Assembly: GCA_963841695.1 (NCBI GenBank)
Contig: CAWJDQ010000002.1
Location: 33,316 to 53,315, forward strand
Reading direction: 5' to 3'
Length of the DNA: 20,000 bases
Source: an uncultured Actinomycetes bacterium
GTDB lineage: Bacteria; Actinomycetota; Actinomycetes; Streptosporangiales; Streptosporangiaceae
A model generated the notes under the pieces. The model was not told the DNA's origin. It made no database searches and saw only the letters and a program-made list of their open reading frames with translations. Both the position numbers and the translations under genes were made by a program. Shown here piece after piece: positions 1-7,728 of this stretch (positions are counted from its first letter, which is position 1; each line of letters opens with the position of its first letter).

Positions 1-531
1 GGTCAGCGCGGCCAGGTCCTCCAGCAGGATGGCGGGCAGCTCCGGCGCCTTGGCCCGGCGGATGAACGCGGTCCAGCCGTTACGGCCGCGGACCAGGTTC
101 GTCTCGTGCACCGCGGTCCGCAGCGAGAAGCCTTCCAGGCCCATCGCGATGACCAGGACCACGAAGGCCACCGCCGGGTCACGGATGTGCTCCGGGTTCA
201 TGATCTTGTGAACGCCCTCGTACAGCGAGAACACGGCGCCCACCGTGAACAGCACCACGGCCACGATGAACGCGTAGAAGTACCGTTCCCGGCCGAACCC
301 GAACGGGTGCTCCTCGGTCTGCGCCTGCCGGGACCGGCTGCGGCCGAGCAGCAGCAGCGCCTGGTTCCCGCTATCGGCCAGGGAGTGCACCGACTCGGCG
401 AGCATCGACGCTGACCCGGTGAGCGCGAAGGCCACGAGCTTGGTGGCCGCGATGCCCAGGTTCGCGCCCAGCGCGGCCAGCACCGCGCGCAGTCCTTCTG
501 AGTGGGGCTCGCCCGCGTGCGCCTCAGCCAA
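1..531 (-). CDS. Cation diffusion facilitator (CDF) family metal efflux transporter. The N-terminal part is in the window and the gene continues past the left edge.
   Basis: The minus-strand translation reads (L/M)AEAHAGEPHSEGLRAVLAALGANLGIAATKLVAFALTGSASMLAESVHSLADSGNQALLLLGRSRSRQAQTEEHPFGFGRERYFYAFIVAVVLFTVGAVFSLYEGVHKI.... This contains the typical CDF TM1-TM3 signature (HSxAD, NQ, HPFGxGR). The frame is open to position 1. The start is proposed as TTG at 529-531, with AGGA 7 nt upstream. No ATG or GTG lies between the upstream in-frame stop and this codon, so the start is uncertain. Confidence 0.8.
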   Translation of the reverse strand, partial: MAEAHAGEPHSEGLRAVLAALGANLGIAATKLVAFALTGSASMLAESVHSLADSGNQALLLLGRSRSRQAQTEEHPFGFGRERYFYAFIVAVVLFTVGAVFSLYEGVHKIMNPEHIRDPAVAFVVLVIAMGLEGFSLRTAVHETNLVRGRNGWTAFIRRAKAPELPAILLEDLAALT

Positions 532-547
532 CTGCGCGTCCTGACAC

Positions 548-1678
548 CTAGGCGATCCGTTCCTTCAGATCGCTGATCACAGTGATCGGGCCGGGGTCGA
601 CGCCGATCGCGATGCCCAGGTACACGGTGGCGTAGTCGATCAGCTGGAGCAGGCCGGCCAGCCGCTGCAGCGCGGTCTCGCCGTCCGCGGCGAGCTCGCT
701 CACCCCGATCCCGTGCTGCTCAGCCAGCTCGACGGACACCTCGCGCCTGCGGGTCACCTGCGGGTGCTCCTGGCTGTCGCGCAGCATGACCAGCCGCAGC
801 GGCACGGCCGGGCGCGGGTCCTCGTCGTCCAGCACCGCCGGGCCGTCGGCGGGCCACGGCGCGAACGGGCCGTCGAACACCACCACCTGGTTATGGTTGG
901 CCTCCGGCAGCACCCCCGGGATGGCCGGGTGCTTGGCGTTCTCGTTCAGCTGGCAGGCGAACCGGGTGGCCGCCACCCCGGTCAGCGGGGAGCTGCCCCA
1001 GATCATCGGCAGCGTGCCGTCCAGTTCCAGGGCCAGCGTCTTGGCCGGGTTGACGAACGATTCGCTGTCCGGGCGGCAGAGATGGGAGACCTGCTCCAGG
1101 TCGGCGGCCGCGCCCTCGAGCGCCTCCGCCGGGATGCCGGCCACGCCGACCCGGTCTGCGATCACCATCAGCGGGACGGCCAGCCCCCAGAGCGTGAAAC
1201 GGGGCATGCCCGCGGGCTCGACCGGGATGAAGGGCGCCCGGGCCTGCTCGGCCACCATGGCCAGCGGCGACCCGGCCCCGCCCACCCCGAGCAGCGGGCA
1301 GCCGCGGCGGACCGCCTCGCTCGCGGCCGACAGGGTCTCCTCGGTCGTGCCCGAGCAGGACACCGCGATGACCAGGTCCGCCGCGCCCACCCAGCCCGGC
1401 AGGCCGTAGTCGTGGTGGGCGACCACCGGCGAGGCCGAGCCGGGCCCGCAGACCGCGGAGAGCACCTCGGCGGCCACCCCCGAGCCGCCCATGCCGGTGA
1501 CCACGATCGCCCGCGGACGGCCGGCCGAGATGACCCGGCCCAGGTCGGTCTCGGCCGTGACCCGCGCCGAGGTGCGCACCTGCGCCGCCGCCGAGGCCAC
1601 CTGGCGGAGCACGCCACCGGGATCGGCGGCCTCCAGGAGGCTCAGGTCGTCCAGGCGTTCCTGGGCCGTCAGGGTCAC
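548..1678 (-). CDS. SIS-domain sugar-phosphate isomerase, bifunctional glucose-6-P/mannose-6-P isomerase family (counterpart of M. tuberculosis Rv3256c)
   Basis: The 376-aa product starts [23 protein letters not shown] and carries SIS-type motifs ([23 protein letters not shown]). The track ORF (548..1816) has an Arg/Gly/Pro-rich 46-aa extension that looks non-coding. GTG at 1676-1678 overlaps the TGA of the upstream Trm112 gene as GTGA, so I take it as the start. Confidence 0.85.
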   Translation of the reverse strand: MTLTAQERLDDLSLLEAADPGGVLRQVASAAAQVRTSARVTAETDLGRVISAGRPRAIVVTGMGGSGVAAEVLSAVCGPGSASPVVAHHDYGLPGWVGAADLVIAVSCSGTTEETLSAASEAVRRGCPLLGVGGAGSPLAMVAEQARAPFIPVEPAGMPRFTLWGLAVPLMVIADRVGVAGIPAEALEGAAADLEQVSHLCRPDSESFVNPAKTLALELDGTLPMIWGSSPLTGVAATRFACQLNENAKHPAIPGVLPEANHNQVVVFDGPFAPWPADGPAVLDDEDPRPAVPLRLVMLRDSQEHPQVTRRREVSVELAEQHGIGVSELAADGETALQRLAGLLQLIDYATVYLGIAIGVDPGPITVISDLKERIA

Positions 1679-1860
1679 GGTTGCGTTCCCGGCTGCCGGG
1701 CCTCGTCCACCAGGAGCACCGGGATGTCGTCCCGGACCGGGTAGGCGAGGCCACAGTCCTCGCCCGTGCACACCAGCTCGCTGGCCGCCTCGTCCACGCG
1801 CAGCGGCGCGTGGCACTTCGGGCAGGCGAGGATGTCGAGCAGCCAGTCGTCGATCTTCAC
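1675..1860 (-). CDS. Trm112-family zinc-ribbon protein (DUF343)
   Basis: Translation reads [55 protein letters not shown]. It has the CPxC...C..C zinc-ribbon and the PVRDGIPVLL-like motif characteristic of Trm112. GTG at 1858-1860 lies 5 nt downstream of GGGAGA. The alternative ATG at 1887 would add 9 aa. Confidence 0.8.
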   Translation of the reverse strand: MKIDDWLLDILACPKCHAPLRVDEAASELVCTGEDCGLAYPVRDDIPVLLVDEARQPGTQP

Positions 1861-1949
1861 TAGGTCTCCCGGAAGCGTGGGTCTCACGGACGCGCGGCGC
1901 CGCGGCAGGAGCTAGCCGCGGGGCGGTGAGCGGGCCCGGTGACCCGGGG

Positions 1950-3296
1950 CTAACCGCGCACGATGCCGAGCACCTCGTCGCGCAGCCTGAGCATAGTGTC
2001 CTCGTCGGACGCCTCCAGGTTCAGCCGCAGCAACGGCTCGGTGTTGGACGGGCGCAGGTTGAACCACCAGCCGTCGCCGGTGATGGTCAGCCCATCGAGC
2101 TCGTCGGCGCTGATACCGGGCAGGCTGGCGAACTCCGCGCGGACCGCCGCGGTCGCGGCCGCCTGGTCCGCTACCTCACTGTTGATCTCACCGGTGGCCA
2201 CGTACCGCCCGTAACCGGCCAGGATCTCGGACAGGGGGGCGCCCTGCTCGCCGAGCGCGGCCAGCACGTGCAGCGCCGCGAGCATCCCCGAGTCGGCGTA
2301 CCAGAAGTCACGGAAGTAGAAGTGGCCGGAGTGCTCGCCACCGAACACCGCGCCGGTCTCGGCCATCCGCGCCTTGATGAACGAGTGCCCGACCCGGGTG
2401 CGCACCGGGGTGCCGCCGTGCTCGGTGATGATCTCGGGCACCGCGCGGGAGGTGATCAGGTTGTGGATGACCGCCGCCCCGGGCTCCCGGGCCAGTTCCC
2501 GGACGGCGATGAGCGCGGTGAGCACCGAGGGCGAGACGATGTGCCCGCGCTCGTCCACCACGAAGCAGCGGTCCGCGTCCCCGTCGAAAGCCAGGCCGAT
2601 GTCGGCCCCGGAGTCGATCACCGCGCGCTGCAGGTCGCGCAGGTTCTGCGGCTCGATCGGGTTCGCCTCGTGGTTCGGGAACGTCCCGTCCAGCTCGAAG
2701 TAGAGCGGCACGACGGTGAGCGGCAGCCCCTCGAACACCCTGGGCACGGTGTGCCCGGCCATCCCGTTACCCGCGTCCACGGCCACCGTCAGCGGGCGGA
2801 TAGCGGACAGGTCGACCAGCTTTCTGAGGTGGCTCGCGTAGCCGGAGAGCAGGTCCCGCTGGACGATGACGCCGGGGGTGCCGTGGTACGGGGGCGGGCC
2901 CTGGGCGGCGGCGTCGCGCAGTTCGGTCAGCCCGGTGTCCGCGCCGACCGGCCGGGCTCCTTCCCGGCACAGCTTGATCCCGTTGTACTTGGCCGGGTTG
3001 TGGCTGGCCGTGATCATCGCGCCGGGCATGCCCAGGCTGCCGCTCGCGTAGTAGAGCATGTCAGTGGAGCCGAGACCGCCTTCGATCACGTCGGCTCCCT
3101 GGCCCGCCGCGCCCCGGCCGAACGCCTCGGCCAGCGGCCGGGACGAGGTACGCATGTCGTGCACGGTGACCACGCTGGGCGCCCCGGTCAGCCGGACGAA
3201 CGCGGCCCCCACCGACTCAGCGACCTGCTCATCGAGCTCGTCGGGGACGATCCCGCGGATGTCGTACGCCTTGAAGATCTTCTGGTAGGAGCCCAC
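1950..3296 (-). CDS. manB: Phosphomannomutase/phosphoglucomutase (alpha-D-phosphohexomutase)
   Basis: The 448-aa product starts VGSYQKIFKAYDIRGIVPDELD. It carries the active-site loop TASHNPAKYNGIK, the Mg loop FDGDADRCF and GGEHSGHFYF. GTG at 3294-3296 has GGGAGG 10 nt upstream. The 516-aa track ORF adds an Arg/Pro-rich extension that is unlikely to be real. Confidence 0.92.
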   Translation of the reverse strand: MGSYQKIFKAYDIRGIVPDELDEQVAESVGAAFVRLTGAPSVVTVHDMRTSSRPLAEAFGRGAAGQGADVIEGGLGSTDMLYYASGSLGMPGAMITASHNPAKYNGIKLCREGARPVGADTGLTELRDAAAQGPPPYHGTPGVIVQRDLLSGYASHLRKLVDLSAIRPLTVAVDAGNGMAGHTVPRVFEGLPLTVVPLYFELDGTFPNHEANPIEPQNLRDLQRAVIDSGADIGLAFDGDADRCFVVDERGHIVSPSVLTALIAVRELAREPGAAVIHNLITSRAVPEIITEHGGTPVRTRVGHSFIKARMAETGAVFGGEHSGHFYFRDFWYADSGMLAALHVLAALGEQGAPLSEILAGYGRYVATGEINSEVADQAAATAAVRAEFASLPGISADELDGLTITGDGWWFNLRPSNTEPLLRLNLEASDEDTMLRLRDEVLGIVRG

Positions 3297-3550
3297 TGAG
3301 GCTCTGCCTCCCGTATCTGGCCCGGGAACCACGTGCCCGGTTTCGTTGCGTATTTGTCTGGCTGGCCCGCGCCGCACACACTGCCGCAGCCAGCGCCGCA
3401 CCGGCGCCCGCTTTATGCGGTGCTGGGATATCTGTGCCCAAATATTCCGCGGGGACCCGGCCCCTTCCCGCACGGCCAGCGGGTTGTGGCCAGCCGCCAC
3501 GGGCAGGACACCGAGCCTACCGGCATGTGCCGCACCGGGAGGGGTGCTGG

Positions 3551-3916
3551 CTACCTCAGCCGGTCCCGGGCGTCGGGTGCGGAGCGCAGCACCCGTAGGT
3601 GGCCCCGCCTGCCCACCTCGACGCCCTGGCCGACCGGCTCGCCGGGCGGCGGGAGGGCCGCCTCGCGCACCGCGTTGGCCAGCGCCTCCAGGTCATCGGC
3701 CTCCGGCGGTGCGGACTCCACCGGGAGCCGGACCACTTCCCAGCCGAGTGGTGCGGTCAGCCGGTCGGCATGCGCCGAGCACAGGTCGTAGCAGTGCGGC
3801 TCGACGTACGCGGCCAGCGGGCCCAGGACCGCGGTGGAGTCGCGGTACACGTACGTGAGCGTGTAGACGGCGGGGTGCTTGCAGGCGGGCCGGGAGCAGC
3901 GGCGGGCGTTTACCAT
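3551..3916 (-). CDS. DUF3499-domain protein (counterpart of Rv3258c)
   Basis: Translation reads MVNARRCSRPACKHPAVYTLTYVYRDSTAVLGPLAAYVEPHCYDLCSAHADRLTAPLGWEVVRL, the recognisable DUF3499 Cys/His pattern. Start is ATG at 3914-3916. It sits at the conserved position next to manB. Confidence 0.85.
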   Translation of the reverse strand: MVNARRCSRPACKHPAVYTLTYVYRDSTAVLGPLAAYVEPHCYDLCSAHADRLTAPLGWEVVRLPVESAPPEADDLEALANAVREAALPPPGEPVGQGVEVGRRGHLRVLRSAPDARDRLR

Positions 3917-4156
3917 GACGTCCCGCCGGCCCGGGCCGGTTCGTGACGTGCCACCGCGACCGGAGGGGAGAGGGGTCACGTGCATCGCTCACAACGGCTG
4001 ACCGTACCCATCCGCGGGCGGTAACGCCACCACCCGGGGCACACTGCACGATCGTGTCTCGCTTCATGCCCCGCTCGCCCGGGCCGGGCGGCCCGCCGGC
4101 CCTCCGCGGCCCGCCCGCCGGGCACCACGCCAGCGCGCGGGATACGCTCGGCAACT

Positions 4157-4753
4157 GTGCGCACCGGTGAGGGGGACGGCACCGAGCACGGTGCCCCCGG
4201 AGACAGGCCCCCGGATCACAGAGCCCCAGGCCCCGGGGCCGCAGGACCCGGGCCGCCCGAACCTGGGCCGCCCGGAGACCCGCCCCCGGATCGCGGACCC
4301 CTGCCCCCCGGGACCGGCCGGATCAGGCGGCGCGACCGGCATGGGCGCGGGCTGCGCGGTGTGCTGGCCCCGCCCGGAGTGCCGCTGCACCGCAGCCGGT
4401 CGCAGCGTTTCGACGAACTGATCCTGGAGGCAGTGGCCCGGCTGGAGCCCCGCTGGGAGGCCCAGCTGTCCGGGGTGGAGTTCGCCGTCGAGGAGATCCC
4501 GCCGCCAGATCCGCCCGGCCTCGGCCCGGAGAGCGTGTCCCTGGCCCGGCTGGACCCGGGCTCGGCGGGCACGGCCGCCGGCGCGGTGGCCCGGCCCCCG
4601 CGCATCGTGGTGTACCGGCGGCCGCTGGCGGCCCGCGCCGACAGCGAGGACGAACTGGGCGAACTCGTCTTCGAAGTGGTGGTGGAGGAGTTCGCCCGGC
4701 TGCTCGGCGTTAACCCGGAGGACGTGGACCCAGGGTTCGGGGACGACGAGTGA
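4157..4753 (+). CDS. Zincin-like metallopeptidase family protein (DUF1025-type, counterpart of Rv3259) with a Pro-rich N-terminal extension
   Basis: The conserved core reads RRRDRHGRGLRGVLAPPGVPLHRSRSQRFDELILEAVARLEPRWEAQLSGVEFAVEEIPP...IVVYRRPLAARADSEDELGELVFEVVVEEFARLLG. The only in-frame start upstream of the conserved RRRDRHGRG motif is GTG at 4157. The first ~55 codons are Pro/Gly-rich with weaker third-position GC, so the start is uncertain. Confidence 0.72.
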   Translation: MRTGEGDGTEHGAPGDRPPDHRAPGPGAAGPGPPEPGPPGDPPPDRGPLPPGTGRIRRRDRHGRGLRGVLAPPGVPLHRSRSQRFDELILEAVARLEPRWEAQLSGVEFAVEEIPPPDPPGLGPESVSLARLDPGSAGTAAGAVARPPRIVVYRRPLAARADSEDELGELVFEVVVEEFARLLGVNPEDVDPGFGDDE

Positions 4754-4770
4754 CCCGGCTCCCGAGCGGC

Positions 4771-4812
4771 TCACGGCACGGGACTCACAGCACGGGACTC
4801 AGGGCACGGCGG
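4771..4812. repeat. Three tandem copies of a 14-nt unit (TCACGGCACGGGAC / TCACAGCACGGGAC / TCAGGGCACGGCGG)
   Basis: Direct reading. The copies start at 4771, 4785 and 4799. Each begins with TCA, which is TGA on the minus strand. The 14-nt period puts the three TGAs in all three minus-strand frames. The third copy supplies the actual stop of the DUF5719 gene. Confidence 0.8.
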
Positions 4813-6361
4813 CGATGGCGGCGTTGCGCACCGGGGGCAGCAGAACCGTGCTCAGCGAGCTGGCTACCGGAAGCATCGCCTGGAGCGTGCCCCCCGCCCC
4901 GCTGGCGCTGATCACCCGGCCCGCGTAGACCGGGCCGGATCCCGGCAGCGGCGAGACCACCACGGCGAACGGCGTCCCGCGCGGCGCTCCCGGCACCGCC
5001 TGGAGCGCTACCACGACACTCTTCCCGGCGGGGACCTGCACGCTCTGGGTCCGCCGAGCCGAGCCCGCCGATGAGATCTGGGCGACGCTCACCCGGGCCG
5101 TGGCGTGCGGCGCGGACAGGACCAGGGCAGACACCCGGCCCGGCCCGGTCACGTTGTCGGCCACGACCCCCTGTTCCTCGAGTGCGGGCGCGGCCGCGGT
5201 GAAGGTGCCGGGCGAGCCGTTGCTGCCCCCGGGGATCATGACGGTCGCGGTAATGGGGGTGCTGGAGGTCAGCTTGATCGCGGCGGGGATCCCGGCCAGC
5301 GAGGGCAGCGAGACCTCGTCCGCGGAGCCACCGGGGATATCGATGCCGGTCGCTCCGGTGGGCTCATAGGTGCCGCGGGAGGTGACCGCGGAGACCTGGA
5401 CGTTGGCGTCCTTCACGCCGGGCACGGCCAGGTAGAGCTCGCGGCTCCCCACGGCGGCGGGCAGGCCCGGGATCACCAGGTGGGTGGCCGGGGCCTGGGC
5501 GGGCGGCAGCCAGGCTCCCTCGCCCGCCCCGGTGCTTTCCTCGACCGCGGCGGCCACCTGGCCCACGCTGGTCCGCACCTGCAGGGTGAGTGACCGGGAA
5601 TTGCGCAGCACGGGGGCCAGCGACTGGACAATCATCCCGTGCGGCGGCACGGTGATCCCGTTATCGGTGGTCTGCTGCAATGGCCCGGCGTCGGTGAAGA
5701 TGTCCACGCTCGCGTCGGCGGCCTGGCCGCCGGCGTTCATCAGGTACACGAGGATCCGCCCGGCGGTGCGCTGTCCCGGGCCGACGAACCAGAAGTTCGT
5801 GCCAGGGCTGGTGCAGGCGGCGGTGGGCAGGTTCGTCCCGTCGGTCTGCTCGACGTCCAGGCCCTGAGCCAGTGATCCGCTGGCCTGGACCACGACACCG
5901 CCGCGGACGGCCGTGGACACGACCGTCGTGGCGCTCGCCTTCCCCGCGGGCGCGGCGGGGGCGCGCGCCGTGCGGTCCAGGCTCACCGCGGCGAGCCGCG
6001 GCGTCCCGGGCTGGGTCAGGCTGAGCACCGTCGGGCCGGGCGTGCTGCTCCCCTGGCCCGCGAGCCGGGTCACGACCGCCGCTCCGTGGCCCGTCGATGC
6101 CGCGGTCTGGCTGGCCCCGCTGGAACTGGCCCCGGTGCCGGGCGCGGCCATCACCGCGATGCCGCCGCCCCGGCTGAACGCCGCGCCGGGTGCGGGACAG
6201 GCCCGGACCACCGACGTCACCGGGACGGAGCGCGGCGGCCGGGGCATCGCCCCCGAGTTGAGGGAGATCGGGTGCCGCAGTCCGGCCAGCGCGTACAGGC
6301 CGCCGAGTACCACGAGCACCACGGCGGCGGACAGAACCCGGCTCCCGCGCAGGTTCCTCAC
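4799..6361 (-). CDS. DUF5719-family secreted or membrane-anchored protein
   Basis: The 520-aa product has an N-terminal anchor or signal (MRNLRGSRVLSAAVVLVVLGGLYALAGL). The rest is an Ala/Gly/Val/Thr/Ser-rich, beta-rich-looking extracytoplasmic body. It occupies the conserved position immediately downstream of the large GT2. The GTG start at 6359-6361 overlaps the TGA at 6358-6360 of the upstream reading frame (GTGA). Confidence 0.8.
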   Translation of the reverse strand: MRNLRGSRVLSAAVVLVVLGGLYALAGLRHPISLNSGAMPRPPRSVPVTSVVRACPAPGAAFSRGGGIAVMAAPGTGASSSGASQTAASTGHGAAVVTRLAGQGSSTPGPTVLSLTQPGTPRLAAVSLDRTARAPAAPAGKASATTVVSTAVRGGVVVQASGSLAQGLDVEQTDGTNLPTAACTSPGTNFWFVGPGQRTAGRILVYLMNAGGQAADASVDIFTDAGPLQQTTDNGITVPPHGMIVQSLAPVLRNSRSLTLQVRTSVGQVAAAVEESTGAGEGAWLPPAQAPATHLVIPGLPAAVGSRELYLAVPGVKDANVQVSAVTSRGTYEPTGATGIDIPGGSADEVSLPSLAGIPAAIKLTSSTPITATVMIPGGSNGSPGTFTAAAPALEEQGVVADNVTGPGRVSALVLSAPHATARVSVAQISSAGSARRTQSVQVPAGKSVVVALQAVPGAPRGTPFAVVVSPLPGSGPVYAGRVISASGAGGTLQAMLPVASSLSTVLLPPVRNAAIAAVP

Positions 6362-6757
6362 CAGTCACCCTCCCCTGGCTCGTCAGCGGGCTCGCGGCCC
6401 CAGGTCACGTGCGCGCGGCGGCCGGAATAGTCCTCGGGGGCGGGGTAGTCGGGGCCGGGGTATTCCGTTCCGGAGTACGAGCCCGAGGCGGGATCGTCGG
6501 CGTCCGGGTACTCGGGGCCCGGGTAGTCGCGGCCCGGATACTCAGTGGCCGGGTGTCCGTCCGTGGCGGAACTCCCGGGGCCCGGACCTGGGTCCGGCCA
6601 GACGGAGCCGGAGCGGCCCGGGCTGGAACTACCCGGGCTGGACCAAGCCGAGCTGGCCCCGCCCGCGCCGGATCCCGGCGAGGCCCCGGCGTAGCCGCCG
6701 GGCCCGGCTGAGCCCAGGTGGTCTGGTGCGCCCGGATAAGCCACGTCCGGCTGGTCC

Positions 6758-6835
6758 GCCGCGTCCGGGTACGCCGGGTACACCGCGTCGGGGTTCGCCG
6801 GGTACGCCGCGTCGGGGTACGCCGCATCCGGGTAG
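6758..6835 (-). repeat. Coding tandem repeat of mixed 15-nt and 9-nt units encoding (A)YPDAA-type peptides
   Basis: Plus-strand units are GCCGCGTCCGGGTAC / GCCGGGTAC / ACCGCGTCGGGGTTC / GCCGGGTAC / GCCGCGTCGGGGTAC / GCCGCATCCGGGTAG. The minus-strand translation is EAYPDAAYPDAAYPANPDAVYPAYPDAA. Confidence 0.75.
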
Positions 6836-7029
6836 GCCTCGTCCCGGCGGGACCCGCGCGCCGGGACACCCGCCGCCGGATAGCCCCGGGGAGCCGTGCC
6901 CCGCCGCGGCGGCGGCAGCGCGTCGTCGTCGCCCGGCAGCCGCCCGCGGCTCACCCGGCCGCCGCCCTGGCCAACCTGCGGATACTCGCCGCTTGGGTAG
7001 CCGGAACCGCTGTCGCCGGCCCTGCTCCC

Positions 7030-7104
7030 GTAGCCAGCCTGACCGTAGCCAGCCTGACCGTAACCAGCCCGGTCATAGTCAGCCTGGTCATAGCCAGCCC
7101 GGCC
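7030..7104 (-). repeat. Five tandem 15-nt coding units (the first two identical) encoding (G/D)Y(G/D)(Q/R)A
   Basis: The plus strand has GTAGCCAGCCTGACC twice, then GTAACCAGCCCGGTC, ATAGTCAGCCTGGTC and ATAGCCAGCCCGGCC. The minus-strand translation is AGYDQADYDRAGYGQAGYGQAGYG. Confidence 0.8.
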
Positions 7105-7728
7105 GTGGCCGGGACTGCTGTAACCGGCACTGCGGGAGTCGGCACCCCCGGGGTCGCCAGGCCCGTCGTAGCCATCGCTGTCATAGCCAGCACGGGGGTA
7201 CCCGGCCCAGGTGGAGTCAGCCCCGGTGAAGTCAGCACCGGGGTAATCAGCACCGGAGAGCAGGCACCGGAAGACGCACCGGGGTACCCCTCGGGATAGT
7301 CGCCGCTCGGATAGCCACCACTGCCGCAGGCCGACGGGGGTACGGGCCGCTGGTGTCCCCGCTCCCGCGGCGGCGGGATCCGGTGGCCGCTGCCCCCTGG
7401 TGCCCCGATCCGGCGTACGGGCCGGGCGGGTACTCCGCCGCGGCCACCTGCTCCAGGGCGTCCCGCTTCCCGGCTTTGCGCTGGGCTGCGCGCCGCACGG
7501 GGGCGTCCTGGCCTGCCGGGTCCTGCTCCGCGGGCTTCCGGCCCCGCCGCCACCGCTTGCGGCTGCCCCGCGCGGCGGCCTGCGCGTCCTCCTGGCCGCT
7601 GGGCGGCCCACCATCCGCCGGACGGGCGCTACCCGGCCCGGCCGCCGCCCCGGCGGCCCCGGGCACCGCAGCTGCCGCAGCGGGCAGCATCGTGGGCGCC
7701 TCCCAGGGCGCGGCCGCCCGGGCACTCA

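Noticed and set aside
548-1816. N-terminal extensions in the supplied ORF track: 548..1816, 1950..3500, 3551..3985, 11741..12118, 12177..13274 and 12791..14584
   Set aside because: The extensions are Arg/Gly/Pro-rich and are absent from homolog N-termini as I recall them. They also ignore better internal starts that have an RBS or a 4-nt overlap with the upstream stop. I trimmed them in the feature list.
1898-1921. Paired GCCGCGG palindromes between manB and the Trm112 gene, considered as a terminator
   Set aside because: It forms only a 7-bp stem from SacII-like GC palindromes, which are common in this composition. There is no U-tract, and the two genes are probably co-transcribed.
1491-3299. 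602-aa plus-strand ORF covering the Trm112 and manB region
   Set aside because: It is antisense to well-supported minus-strand genes. Its composition is Arg/Gly/Pro/Ala-dominated with no recognisable domain. This is a typical shadow ORF of high-GC DNA.
5913-7229. 438-aa plus-strand ORF, together with the similar 7400..8392 and 8909..9892 plus-strand ORFs
   Set aside because: They are antisense to DUF5719, the YP-rich tract and GT2. The translations are Arg/Pro/Ser-rich repeats that mirror the coding-strand repeats.
7261-7725. Upstream half of the 455-aa ORF 6358..7725 (GTG start two codons after the GT2 stop, same frame), read as a real gene start or as stop-codon readthrough of the GT2
   Set aside because: This part of frame C translates to MPGRPRPGRRPRCCPLRQLRCPGPPGRRPG..., which is off-frame-like. 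Frame A over the same DNA has natural composition and high GC3. Two consecutive TGAs (7726-7731) make readthrough unlikely.
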